64,000 nt of DNA from Chloroflexota bacterium (GTDB taxonomy: Bacteria; Chloroflexota; Dehalococcoidia; JABGRK01). Location: contig JABGRK010000010.1 of NCBI GenBank assembly GCA_018648325.1, positions 110,219 to 174,218 of the forward strand, read 5' to 3'. The notes under the pieces were generated by a model. The model saw nothing but the letters and a program-made list of their open reading frames with translations, was not told where the DNA came from and did no database searches. Positions 40,804 through 49,866 of this stretch are shown here, piece after piece; position 1 is the stretch's first letter; each line of letters starts with the position of its first letter. The translations under genes were made by a program, and so were the position numbers.

Positions 40804-40925
40804 AAAAAAACCCCCTGTTAACATTCAACAGGAGGACTTGTCTTAAGGATAATCCTATAACAGGGGTTGTCATGGCACCTACTCCTTACCAGTCTCTCCG
40901 GACTGACTTAAAGGGTTGAAAACGC
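40804..40925 (-). promoter_or_regulatory. PyrR-binding attenuator (binding loop plus terminator)
   Basis: Minus strand CTTTAA-GTC-AGTCCGGAGAGACTGG resembles the ARUCCNGNGAGGYU consensus; followed by the hairpin CCTCCTGTT...AACAGGGGG and a U-tract ending at the pyrR ATG. Confidence 0.85.
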
Positions 40926-41216
40926 CTTATTTAACTAAAAAGAGTATAGCACAAAAAATCCATCTTTTTCAACCGGCCATCCCTTCGTGAGCAGAAAAAA
41001 TTGGGTGAAAATTGGTGAAAAATACCCTTGAAGGAGCCTTCTTTTTTTGATATCCTTATGGTTCACCAGTAATAATATATCATCTCTCAAAGCAAGTGTA
41101 ACATTGTGTCAGATTACCGGTTGTCTAGTGAAACATACCAAAGGCAGACAACCAGATGAAATAGGAATAACAGGGTTAACCGCAATAATCGTTTATATTT
41201 TATCGGAGGAATCAAA

Positions 41217-42587
41217 CTGAGTAAGAAAGCCGCAGAACAGCTTTGGGAAGATGTACTCGAGCAACTTAAAAGTCAACTGCTACCGGCAAACTACGAAACG
41301 TGGCTCAAGGACACCGTAGGAGTATCGTATCAGAAAGACAGACTGGTTGTGGGCACTCCCACTCCCTCCGCTACCGAGTGGTTGGAGAAACGGTTGCATT
41401 CCATGATCAGAAAGACCCTGATGTCCATTACCTCCAATGAGATCAATGTTCAATTTCAGGTGCTGCAGCCGTGGGCAGGAGTATCAACAGAGTTCGGCGG
41501 CAACCATAACAAACACCGTGCCAATCATACAAACGGTACAAAGGTAAACGGCCATCTTAAGCTTAGCCCCAAATATACCTTCTCCACATTCATCGTGGGG
41601 TCATGCAACAGGCTGGCTCATGCCGCATCACTGGGTGTTGCCGAAAATCCAGGCAGAGGATACAACCCTCTTTTCATTTATGGGGGTGTGGGTCTTGGTA
41701 AAAGCCATCTGCTGCACGCTATAGGACACGTAGTGGCTAAAAACAACCTCAATATTGTATATGTATCCTCGGAGCAATTCACCAATGAGTTTGTTAATGC
41801 CATCAGGGAACGCAAAAACGAGGAATTTAGAAACAAGTATCGCAGTGCGGACGTGCTGCTTATAGATGATATTCAATTTATAGCCGATAAAGAACAAACC
41901 CAGGAGGGTTTCTTCCATACCTTTAATGACCTGCACAATAACAACAAGCAGATAGTCGTCACTTCTGACCGCTCTCCCAAATCGATGCCACTTCTAGAGG
42001 ACAGACTGCGCTCCCGTTTCGAGTGGGGTCTTATCGCCGATATACAGCCGCCCGATCTTGAGACAAGGCTGGCCATCCTGCGAGCCAAGGCTGATGAGCA
42101 AGAAGTAGAGGTTCCGTACGAGGTACTCAACTATATTGCCCGCAAGATACAGAAGAACATCAGAGAACTGGAGGGATCATTAAACAGGGTCGTAGCCTAC
42201 AGCCGCCTGTGTAACAATATCCCCACAGCCGAAATTGCCGCTCAGGCGCTAACCGATTTCCCCACCGATGGTTCCAGACGATCCATCACCCCGGATCAAG
42301 TTATAAGCGCTGTGAGCGAGTACTTTAACATTGATGAAGAAATCCTCAGAGGTAGCAAACGGGACAAGCCTGTGGCACTGGCCCGCCAGGTTGCCATGTA
42401 CATCTTAAGAGAAGAAACACAGCTATCCCTTTCGCAAATCGGTGTGCAACTTGGCAAGAGGGATCATAAGACAATAATGCATGGCTGCCAGAAAATAACT
42501 ACCGACATCGATAGCAACCCTGAACTCAGAAGAGACGTTATAGAGATCAGGGAAAGGCTTTTTTCACGGGGAGACAAAGTCCTCTGA
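41217..42587 (+). CDS. dnaA: Chromosomal replication initiator; probable CTG start
   Basis: YNPLFIYGGVGLGKSHL, IDDIQF, FFHTFN, RELEG, RDHKT. Domain I (QLWEDVL..YETWL) extends to CTG 41217 behind GGAGGA. Confidence 0.96.
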   Translation: MSKKAAEQLWEDVLEQLKSQLLPANYETWLKDTVGVSYQKDRLVVGTPTPSATEWLEKRLHSMIRKTLMSITSNEINVQFQVLQPWAGVSTEFGGNHNKHRANHTNGTKVNGHLKLSPKYTFSTFIVGSCNRLAHAASLGVAENPGRGYNPLFIYGGVGLGKSHLLHAIGHVVAKNNLNIVYVSSEQFTNEFVNAIRERKNEEFRNKYRSADVLLIDDIQFIADKEQTQEGFFHTFNDLHNNNKQIVVTSDRSPKSMPLLEDRLRSRFEWGLIADIQPPDLETRLAILRAKADEQEVEVPYEVLNYIARKIQKNIRELEGSLNRVVAYSRLCNNIPTAEIAAQALTDFPTDGSRRSITPDQVISAVSEYFNIDEEILRGSKRDKPVALARQVAMYILREETQLSLSQIGVQLGKRDHKTIMHGCQKITTDIDSNPELRRDVIEIRERLFSRGDKVL

Positions 42588-42870
42588 TTACATAAAATCT
42601 GGGGATAAGTTACATGCATTGGGGGATAACTACTTATCCCCTGGGGATAAATCCCAATAATTTATATCAAAAACTCCCAACCTGTTAGACACCATCCCCT
42701 GGGGATTCTTTTTCTACCCAACCTGTCCCCGTCCAATTCACCAAGTTCATGTACGCAATCCCCCGATTTCCCAGAACCCCCGGTTATGTTATTGTTATAA
42801 ATATACTTGTATAAGATATAATTTAAATATATAGGAATAACTAACAGTAATTACTTAATTGGGGATAAGC
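42588..42870. other. Probable replication origin (oriC)
   Basis: Directly downstream of dnaA. Repeated TGGGGATAA/TTATCCCC boxes at 42600, 42621, 42634, 42642 and 42860; AT-rich tract at about 42790-42858. Confidence 0.85.
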
Positions 42871-42873
42871 GAT

Positions 42874-44145
42874 TTGATTGATAGAGCTGAGATATATGTG
42901 AAAGCCGGAGACGGTGGTGACGGATCTATAAGTTTTAGAAGAGAGAAGTTTGTACCGCTTGGTGGTCCTGATGGTGGAGATGGTGGAGATGGTGGCAGTG
43001 TGATCATAGTGGCAGATCATAATCTTTCTACTCTCTCAAGCTTTCGGAAACAAAGAAAGTTTGTAGCAGGTAATGGAAATTATGGCAACAAAAACAAGCT
43101 GCATGGGAAAAGCGGAGCCGACCTTATAATAAAAGTACCGGTGGGGACTATAGTGAGCCGAATGGAAGAGGGAGAGGCAGAGGTTGTTGCCGACCTTACC
43201 GTTAACGGAGAAAAAGCAATTGTGGCCGCAGGAGGACAGGGCGGATTGGGCAATACCCACTTTGCTACAGCATCCAACCAGGCGCCACAGATGGCACAGA
43301 AAGGGTTGGAGGGTCAGGAGTCATATCTTGTGCTCGATCTTAAATTGCTGGCAGATGTAGGTATCGTCGGCTACCCCAACGCTGGCAAATCTACTCTGCT
43401 TAGTGTAATAACAAGGGCCACACCTAAAATAGCCGACTACCCGTTTACCACCCTGGAGGCAATGCTGGGTGTTGTAGACCTGGATGACGGTGGTTTTGTG
43501 GTAGCGGATATCCCCGGACTGATAGAAGGAGCACATAAAGGACAAGGACTTGGACACTACTTTCTAAGGCATATAGAAAGAACAAGAACAATCGTTTACC
43601 TGATTGATGGTGGAGCCGAGGATCCGGTTGCCGATTTTGAAAAAGTGCGTCAAGAGATGCAGCTCTACGATAAAACTCTTGTGGAGCGACCATATCTTAT
43701 CGCCGTAAACAAGATAGACCTGCCTTATGTTCGCGAGAAAATGGCCGAGCTTTCGACAAAACTGGAACAGCAAGAACTCTTGTTTGTATCAGCAGCCACA
43801 AGAGAGGGCGTAGACGTCCTTATTGGCAGGATAAGCCAGATGTTAAAAGAGATAAAACCGTCGGTGCCGGAACCCGACCCGGATGACGAATACAAGATAT
43901 TCCGTCCGCAACCCAGAGACGCCTTCTCCGTTACCCAAAACGGTGCTGTTTTTGAGGTGCAAGGGGCTATTGTAGAGAAACTGGTAGCAATGACCGACCT
44001 TGAAAATGACGAGGCGCAGGTGTACCTAAAGAAGCGTCTTAACCGGATGGGCGTGGTGCGCGCATTAACCAAGGCGGGTGTAAAACCGGGAGACATGGTA
44101 AAATTTGGCAAGGTTGAGATGGAGTGGGAAAAGGAATCAGAATAG
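42874..44145 (+). CDS. obgE: GTPase Obg/CgtA
   Basis: AGDGGDGSISFRREK, GYPNAGKS, YPFTT, DIPG, NKID, C-terminal OCT domain. Probable TTG start at 42874. Confidence 0.95.
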   Translation: MIDRAEIYVKAGDGGDGSISFRREKFVPLGGPDGGDGGDGGSVIIVADHNLSTLSSFRKQRKFVAGNGNYGNKNKLHGKSGADLIIKVPVGTIVSRMEEGEAEVVADLTVNGEKAIVAAGGQGGLGNTHFATASNQAPQMAQKGLEGQESYLVLDLKLLADVGIVGYPNAGKSTLLSVITRATPKIADYPFTTLEAMLGVVDLDDGGFVVADIPGLIEGAHKGQGLGHYFLRHIERTRTIVYLIDGGAEDPVADFEKVRQEMQLYDKTLVERPYLIAVNKIDLPYVREKMAELSTKLEQQELLFVSAATREGVDVLIGRISQMLKEIKPSVPEPDPDDEYKIFRPQPRDAFSVTQNGAVFEVQGAIVEKLVAMTDLENDEAQVYLKKRLNRMGVVRALTKAGVKPGDMVKFGKVEMEWEKESE

Positions 44146-44735
44146 GTATATTCGGCGGGACGTTCGATCCCATCCACGTTGGGCATCTAAAAGTAGCGCA
44201 AGATGCTGCGGATAAACTTGGTCTTGATAAGGTAGTATTTTTACCCGCAGGCAAACCGTGGTTTAAAAGCGACAGGCTCATTACCGCGGGCAAGCAGCGC
44301 CTGTCCATGATTGAACTTGCCATAGTGAACAACCCTCTTTTTGCTGTGTCCGATCTTGAACTGCTTCGGGATGGTCCTACCTACAGCATAGAGAGTATCC
44401 CCGCGCTCAAAAGTGAGTTTGGGAGTGGTGACGATTTGTATTTTCTCATTGGGCTGGATGCACTGTCGGACATACACAAGTGGAAGCAGCCGGCCCGATT
44501 GCTTGATATGTGTCGGGTGGTTGGGTTGACCAGGCCGGGCCATACTCAGATCGATTTTGGGCCTATCGAACGCAAAGTGCCCGGAGCCGCGAAGCTGATA
44601 CAGGTGATCGAAGTTAAACTAGTCGACGTAAGCTCAACCGCCATTCGCCGCAAAGTGGCAGACGGTCTTTCGATCAAAGACCTGGTTCCAGATGCCGTTA
44701 ATCGCTTTATCGCTGCACACAGATTGTATAAATAA
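44124..44735 (+). CDS. nadD: Nicotinate-nucleotide adenylyltransferase
   Basis: GGTFDPIHVGH, LIGLDA...W, VSSTAIR. Confidence 0.93.
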   Translation: MGKGIRIGIFGGTFDPIHVGHLKVAQDAADKLGLDKVVFLPAGKPWFKSDRLITAGKQRLSMIELAIVNNPLFAVSDLELLRDGPTYSIESIPALKSEFGSGDDLYFLIGLDALSDIHKWKQPARLLDMCRVVGLTRPGHTQIDFGPIERKVPGAAKLIQVIEVKLVDVSSTAIRRKVADGLSIKDLVPDAVNRFIAAHRLYK

Positions 44736-44882
44736 CAACGCCAAAAGCTCCTCGACTTTCTTTGATACCTACAAACGTCTGACTGATATCTAAACTTGCC
44801 GTTGCTATCCCACCACTACATGAATTGCAATTCATTTTCCATAGCAATATGATACGTATAATTAACGTGCGTTGATGTTTAT

Positions 44883-44912
44883 GGAACTTTCCCCTGTATA
44901 TCCGGGTATTAA
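44883..44912 (+). promoter_or_regulatory. Candidate ECF-sigma autoregulatory promoter
   Basis: GGAACT -35-like element with GTAT downstream, just 5' of the ECF gene. Confidence 0.4.
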
Positions 44913-44932
44913 TATATCAGGGAGAAGGAGAT

Positions 44933-45469
44933 ATGATTTTGGCAAAACAAGGTAAGCTGGATGATTTTGAACAAATCTTCCATGAGTACAAGGGATGGGT
45001 GTATAAAACCGCCTACCTGATAGTACAAAACCCCCAACAAGCAGAGGACATCATGCAGGAAGTATTTGTCAGGGCGTATAAATCCAACGGCACGTTTGAT
45101 CACCAGAAAGGCAGTTACAGCACTTGGCTGCGGCGCATAACCATAAACCGGTGCTTAAACGGCCATCGCAATGGGGCCTCAAGCACAGCCTCTATCGAGG
45201 AAATGGAGGAGCAGGGGCAGAGTATACCTGATAACGGCTTGGGGGTGTTGGATCAAATATCACTCAAAGATGACATACGCAATCTAATAGACTCGCTGGG
45301 TGCCAAATACCGTGCGGCACTGGTACTCAGATGTGTTGATGGGCTTGCATATGATGAAATAGCAGAGGTTTTGGGCATACCTTTAGGAACCGTCAAATCC
45401 CGCATAAACCGGGCAGTTGAAGCCCTGCGGGAGAAACGAAAAAGTATGGAAAAGGAGGCCCAAAAATAA
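44933..45469 (+). CDS. ECF RNA polymerase sigma factor
   Basis: AEDIMQEVF, STWLRRITINRC, YDEIAEVLGIPLGTVKSRINRA. Confidence 0.92.
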   Translation: MILAKQGKLDDFEQIFHEYKGWVYKTAYLIVQNPQQAEDIMQEVFVRAYKSNGTFDHQKGSYSTWLRRITINRCLNGHRNGASSTASIEEMEEQGQSIPDNGLGVLDQISLKDDIRNLIDSLGAKYRAALVLRCVDGLAYDEIAEVLGIPLGTVKSRINRAVEALREKRKSMEKEAQK

Positions 45470-46539
45470 TGGATTGCAAAGAAATAAAGGAAAAACTGAT
45501 AAGCTGCTCCGGCCAGATGCCTGAGTCTGAGGAGTTCGCGTCTGTCAAGGAACATCTGGCGGTATGCCCAAACTGCAGGCAGGAATGGGAGGCCTACGCC
45601 GGTATCTTCGCCGGGATTGTGCAGGTCATGGAAGACAGTGCGGCCAAGGCCTCTCCCTCGCCTCATGCCTGGGCTGATATAAAGGGGCGCATTGCGGTCA
45701 ACCCCCGTCGCATTTCCACGTTCGTAGCCATCAAGTCAAAGGTTGCACGCTTCGCAAAAGGTTTCTGGTTACGGCCCGTATGGCAGAAAGCCGTGAGTGT
45801 TGCATCGGTAGCTGCAATTATAGCTGCACTGTTGATAACGCAGCTCACTGTTGTACTGTCACCGGCAGCGGTGATTGCCAGGGCGCAGGAGGCTGCTACA
45901 GAAGTCAATAGTTATCATGTCACTCAGACTCGATCATATGCCGATGACGACTGGGTTATGAGACAAGAAATAGACTACGTGATGCCGGACCGGATGAAAT
46001 TAGTTAGATATGATGATGATGTTAAAAGTATGGAGGCACGCTATATTGGCAGCAATCGTTATTCATGGACTTCTGAAACAGGATTATGGGAATTGGATTC
46101 TGGAGACTGGAGCCCTCAAAGTATAGGAGAAATGAGCCAGGGCCTTATGCAGCTCGGAGCGATTACGCAAATCAGGGTTCTGCCTGATGAAGTGGTTGAT
46201 GTGGTTAGCTGTGTACATTACGAAGCAACTTTCAATCCCTCAGACCCCGTTTTCTACGTTAGCCTGATGAGAGAAGTAATAAAAGTAGAAAACGACCCGG
46301 ATGAGATAGAATTCTACCAAAAGGAAATCGAACGATCAGAACAAATGATAGCAGAGGGAGCAGAAGTGCCTGATGAAACGGTAGTTATGAACTACTGGAT
46401 TGGGAAGGATGATTATCTGGTGCGACAATTTCATAGCGTTCATTCCCGCCAATGGCAGGGAAAGCTGCAGGTAGCGACTGACACGGCCACATACTCACAA
46501 TTCAATGAACCTATTGAGATAGAGGCACCATCAATGTAG
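45469..46539 (+). CDS. ZAS (zf-HC2) anti-sigma factor with TM and extracytoplasmic LolA/LppX-like domain
   Basis: HLAVCPNC, one TM, C-terminal YWIGKDDYLVRQ..YSQFNEPIEIEAP; coupled to the sigma gene. Confidence 0.8.
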   Translation: MDCKEIKEKLISCSGQMPESEEFASVKEHLAVCPNCRQEWEAYAGIFAGIVQVMEDSAAKASPSPHAWADIKGRIAVNPRRISTFVAIKSKVARFAKGFWLRPVWQKAVSVASVAAIIAALLITQLTVVLSPAAVIARAQEAATEVNSYHVTQTRSYADDDWVMRQEIDYVMPDRMKLVRYDDDVKSMEARYIGSNRYSWTSETGLWELDSGDWSPQSIGEMSQGLMQLGAITQIRVLPDEVVDVVSCVHYEATFNPSDPVFYVSLMREVIKVENDPDEIEFYQKEIERSEQMIAEGAEVPDETVVMNYWIGKDDYLVRQFHSVHSRQWQGKLQVATDTATYSQFNEPIEIEAPSM

Positions 46540-46573
46540 GGATTGGTAGCTTCTTGTTAGCGATATACATCAG

Positions 46574-46603
46574 AAAAGAGCCACCTTTTTAGGTGGCTCT
46601 TTT
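46574..46603. terminator. Bidirectional intrinsic terminator between the anti-sigma gene and gyrB
   Basis: AAAAGAGCCACC-loop-GGTGGCTCTTTT. Confidence 0.85.
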
Positions 46604-46628
46604 GTATCACGTTGATATTGAATTAAAA

Positions 46629-48536
46629 CTACACGTCCAGGTTACGTACCGCCTGAGCGTGAGATAGGATAAACGCCTTGCGTGGCGGAACCTCATCGCC
46701 CATCAGTGTGGTGAAAATCTCATCGGCTTTAACGCCGTCCTCAATGCTTACCTGTAGTATGGTGCGTTTCTCTGGATCCATCGTGGTGTCCCATAGCTGA
46801 TCCGGATTCATTTCACCAAGACCCTTGTAGCGCTGAATGTCCACACCTCTGCTATCACCATATTTCTTCATTATGGCATCTTTTTCCGTATCCGAGTACA
46901 CCCAGTCCTGCTTCTTACCCTTTTTTATACGGTACAGCGGTGGTTGGGCCACGTACAGGTGTCCATTGGCAATCAGCGGCTCCATGTATCTGAAGAAGAA
47001 TGTCAGTAGCAGTGTGCGTATATGCGCGCCATCCACGTCTGCATCAGTCATGATGAATACCCGCCAGTAGCGCAGTTTGGACAGGTCCAGCGACTCGCCG
47101 ACACCTATGCCCAGTGCGGTTACCAGCGCCCGTATCTCCTCATGAGCCAGCATCTTGTCCGGGCGGGCCTTTTCTACATTGAGGATTTTACCGCGCATGG
47201 GCAGTATGGCCTGAAAACGCCTGTCACGGCCCTGCTTGGCCGATCCACCTGCAGATTCACCCTCAACAAGGTACAGCTCGCACAGCTCAGGGTCTTTCTC
47301 AGAGCAGTCGGTCAGTTTGCCGGGCAGGCTGGTGCTGTCCAGCAGGCTTTTCTTTTGAATAAGGTCTCTGGCCTTGCGTGCCGCCTCGCGGGCCCGTGAT
47401 GCGGTTAGGCATTTATCGATTATTTTTCTGCCCTCAGACGGGTGCTCTTCCAGCCAGAAAATCAGGGTTTCCGCCAGTGCAGACTCAACCTGGTTTTTCA
47501 CCTCGGCATTGCCCAGCCGCGTTTTGGTCTGCCCCTCAAACTGAGGTTCGGGGATTTTGACGCTGATAATAGCGGTGAGCCCCTCCCTGACGTCTTCGCC
47601 GGAAAGGTTGGCCTGGTCGTCCTTGAGTATCTTGTTCTTGCGGCCGTAGTCGTTCAGCACTCTGGTCAGCGCGGTGCGGAACCCGGTCAGGTGACTGCCG
47701 CCGTCCGGAGTGGTTATGCAGTTGGCATAACTGTAAATCGACTCGGCAAATCCCTCGTTATACTGCAACGAGACCTCGACCTGTGAGTTGCCTACCTCTT
47801 TGTTGACGTAAATGGGCGGATCGTGTACCACGTCGCGACCACGGTTCAGATGGCGGCACAGACTGGCGATACCACCTTCAAAGTAGAAGCTTTTTTCATT
47901 ATCTACACCCCCCATTTTGTGACGGAAGGTTATTTTAAGCCCCTTGTTTAAATATGCAACTTCCCTGAAGTGCTGGGCCAGTATTTTAAAGTCATAGTCA
48001 AGTTCCTGGAAGATATCCTTATCTGCCATAAATTTTGTAGTTGTGCCGGTGGTTTCGCTTTCGCCTACAATGGTAAGCTTGCCCTTGGGTATCCCGCAGT
48101 TGTATTCCTGTCTGTATGTCTTGTTGTTGCGTCTCACTTCAACCTGGGCCCATGAAGATAGTGCATTAACCACGGATGCGCCCACGCCGTGCAGTCCGCC
48201 GGATACCTTATAGGTGTTGTGACCGAACTTACCTCCGGCGTGCAGGATTGTCATAACAGTTTCCAGAGCGGAAACGCCGGTTGTAGCGTGCTTTTCTATG
48301 GGGATACCACGCCCGTCATCGGAAACGGTGACGATGCCGTCTTCGCCTATCTCAATGGTTACCGTATCGCAGAAACCGGCCATTGCCTCATCGATGCAGT
48401 TGTCAACAATTTCGTAGACGAGGTGATGCAGTCCTCGCTGATCGGTGCTGCCGATATACATCGCCGGTCTTAGACGTACTGCCTCCAGGCCTTCCAGTAC
48501 CTGGATATCGTCAGCTGTATACTGCTGTTCCTTCAT
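46629..48536 (-). CDS. gyrB: DNA gyrase subunit B
   Basis: LEGLEAVRLRPAMYIG, SGGLHGVG, VEGESAGG, MTDADVDG, QRYKGLGEM. Confidence 0.96.
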   Translation of the reverse strand: MKEQQYTADDIQVLEGLEAVRLRPAMYIGSTDQRGLHHLVYEIVDNCIDEAMAGFCDTVTIEIGEDGIVTVSDDGRGIPIEKHATTGVSALETVMTILHAGGKFGHNTYKVSGGLHGVGASVVNALSSWAQVEVRRNNKTYRQEYNCGIPKGKLTIVGESETTGTTTKFMADKDIFQELDYDFKILAQHFREVAYLNKGLKITFRHKMGGVDNEKSFYFEGGIASLCRHLNRGRDVVHDPPIYVNKEVGNSQVEVSLQYNEGFAESIYSYANCITTPDGGSHLTGFRTALTRVLNDYGRKNKILKDDQANLSGEDVREGLTAIISVKIPEPQFEGQTKTRLGNAEVKNQVESALAETLIFWLEEHPSEGRKIIDKCLTASRAREAARKARDLIQKKSLLDSTSLPGKLTDCSEKDPELCELYLVEGESAGGSAKQGRDRRFQAILPMRGKILNVEKARPDKMLAHEEIRALVTALGIGVGESLDLSKLRYWRVFIMTDADVDGAHIRTLLLTFFFRYMEPLIANGHLYVAQPPLYRIKKGKKQDWVYSDTEKDAIMKKYGDSRGVDIQRYKGLGEMNPDQLWDTTMDPEKRTILQVSIEDGVKADEIFTTLMGDEVPPRKAFILSHAQAVRNLDV

Positions 48537-48631
48537 ATATGCACCTCTGCGTTATTTTACCACATTTATTAGAGATTTTTAACTGTTTTTTTCACTTGAC
48601 AACAAGACTCCGTATAAGGTAAAAAGATTTA

Positions 48632-49111
48632 ATGGCTTTTCTACTTGGCGACACAATAGTTTTCAACGAGCAGGCCCCACCCGTTGGCGATACAACCGTT
48701 CTGACCATACTCTTTTTTTTGTATGTGTTTGGTGCGTCCTGCGGCGTACTGCAGCTAGTAGGCGCTTATAGCCGTATGGCGGGGATATCGTTTTTCAAAA
48801 GACCAGCTTACGGATATGTGTTTGGTGGCGCCGCTATTTTGGGCATGAACCTCATGTTTTTCCTTTCCGGCAATCGCAATGTTATCGAACCGCGTCTGGA
48901 AGGGGCACAGCTTTTTGGCGGGACGCTTGCCGGACTTGCCGTCGCGGTTGCGGTCACTCTGGCTGTTGCCCATTTCATTAGGCGGAAAGAAATATCAGTG
49001 GATGCAGATACTGATCCCGTCGAGGGCTTTCAGGCGCTCCAGAAGCAGACCTATCTGCCCATAATCAAGCGGGTTTGGCATAGACTCAAGAACAAGGACA
49101 GTCAAGTATGA
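48632..49111 (+). CDS. Hypothetical membrane protein (3 TM)
   Basis: Hydrophobic segments; ATGA-coupled to the PAP2 gene; TTGACA upstream. Confidence 0.7.
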   Translation: MAFLLGDTIVFNEQAPPVGDTTVLTILFFLYVFGASCGVLQLVGAYSRMAGISFFKRPAYGYVFGGAAILGMNLMFFLSGNRNVIEPRLEGAQLFGGTLAGLAVAVAVTLAVAHFIRRKEISVDADTDPVEGFQALQKQTYLPIIKRVWHRLKNKDSQV

Positions 49112-49779
49112 GAGTTTCTCCCGACTGGCAACTTTTTGAATGGATCAATGGACTAACCGGCAATAATGATACTGTCGATAACATTATTAAGTTCATTGCC
49201 AACGATTATTTTATCACTGTAACTATCGTGCTGATTCTATTGGGCGTGTGGTTTGGGGCGCGCAGTATTGAGCAGCGCAAACGCAATCAGTGGGGTGTGG
49301 TTTGGGCTGCGGTGGGCGTTGGTTTTACCAGCCTTTTTATACACATACTCAATCGTGTGTTAGACATCGATCTTTGGTTCCGGCCTTATGATGACGGGGC
49401 AGGTCATGCAGTCAACCGCATTTTCGGTTATGCACCTAGCGATCCCTCATTCCCGGCCAATTCTGCTGCCGTAGCTTTTGCTTTTGCTACCGGCGTTTTT
49501 ATGGCCAACCGCAAAGCGGGCGTGGTGATGTACTGCATAGGGGCGCTGTGGGGTTTTTCCCGCGTTTTCAGCGGCATTCACTATCCGCTGGATATAATTG
49601 GTGGTGCAGCGATAGCCATAATCATTACCTATGTCATGAAAAAAGCATTACCTCTGCTTGAACCTCTGCCTACGCTGTTTCTGGCCATCCCCAAAAAGCT
49701 GCATCTGAGTGATATACCAGTGGATACAACAATAAACTGGAGACCAGTGCTGTTTACTAAGTGGTGGCAGAAGTCATAA
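49108..49779 (+). CDS. PAP2-family membrane phosphatase (BcrC-like)
   Basis: RP, SFPANS, SRVFSGIHYPLDI motifs. Confidence 0.82.
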   Translation: MRVSPDWQLFEWINGLTGNNDTVDNIIKFIANDYFITVTIVLILLGVWFGARSIEQRKRNQWGVVWAAVGVGFTSLFIHILNRVLDIDLWFRPYDDGAGHAVNRIFGYAPSDPSFPANSAAVAFAFATGVFMANRKAGVVMYCIGALWGFSRVFSGIHYPLDIIGGAAIAIIITYVMKKALPLLEPLPTLFLAIPKKLHLSDIPVDTTINWRPVLFTKWWQKS

Positions 49780-49866
49780 AGTATGCCGTTTGGGATAGCA
49801 GGAAGATAATTTTTAGCCAGAGGCGTCAGTCAAAACTTCAAGGCGTGCCGAAGGCACAGAGCCAGG

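Noticed and set aside
42588-42730. GGGGATAA repeats as a CRISPR or REP array
   Set aside because: They are 9-mers in both orientations with irregular spacing next to dnaA, better explained as DnaA boxes.
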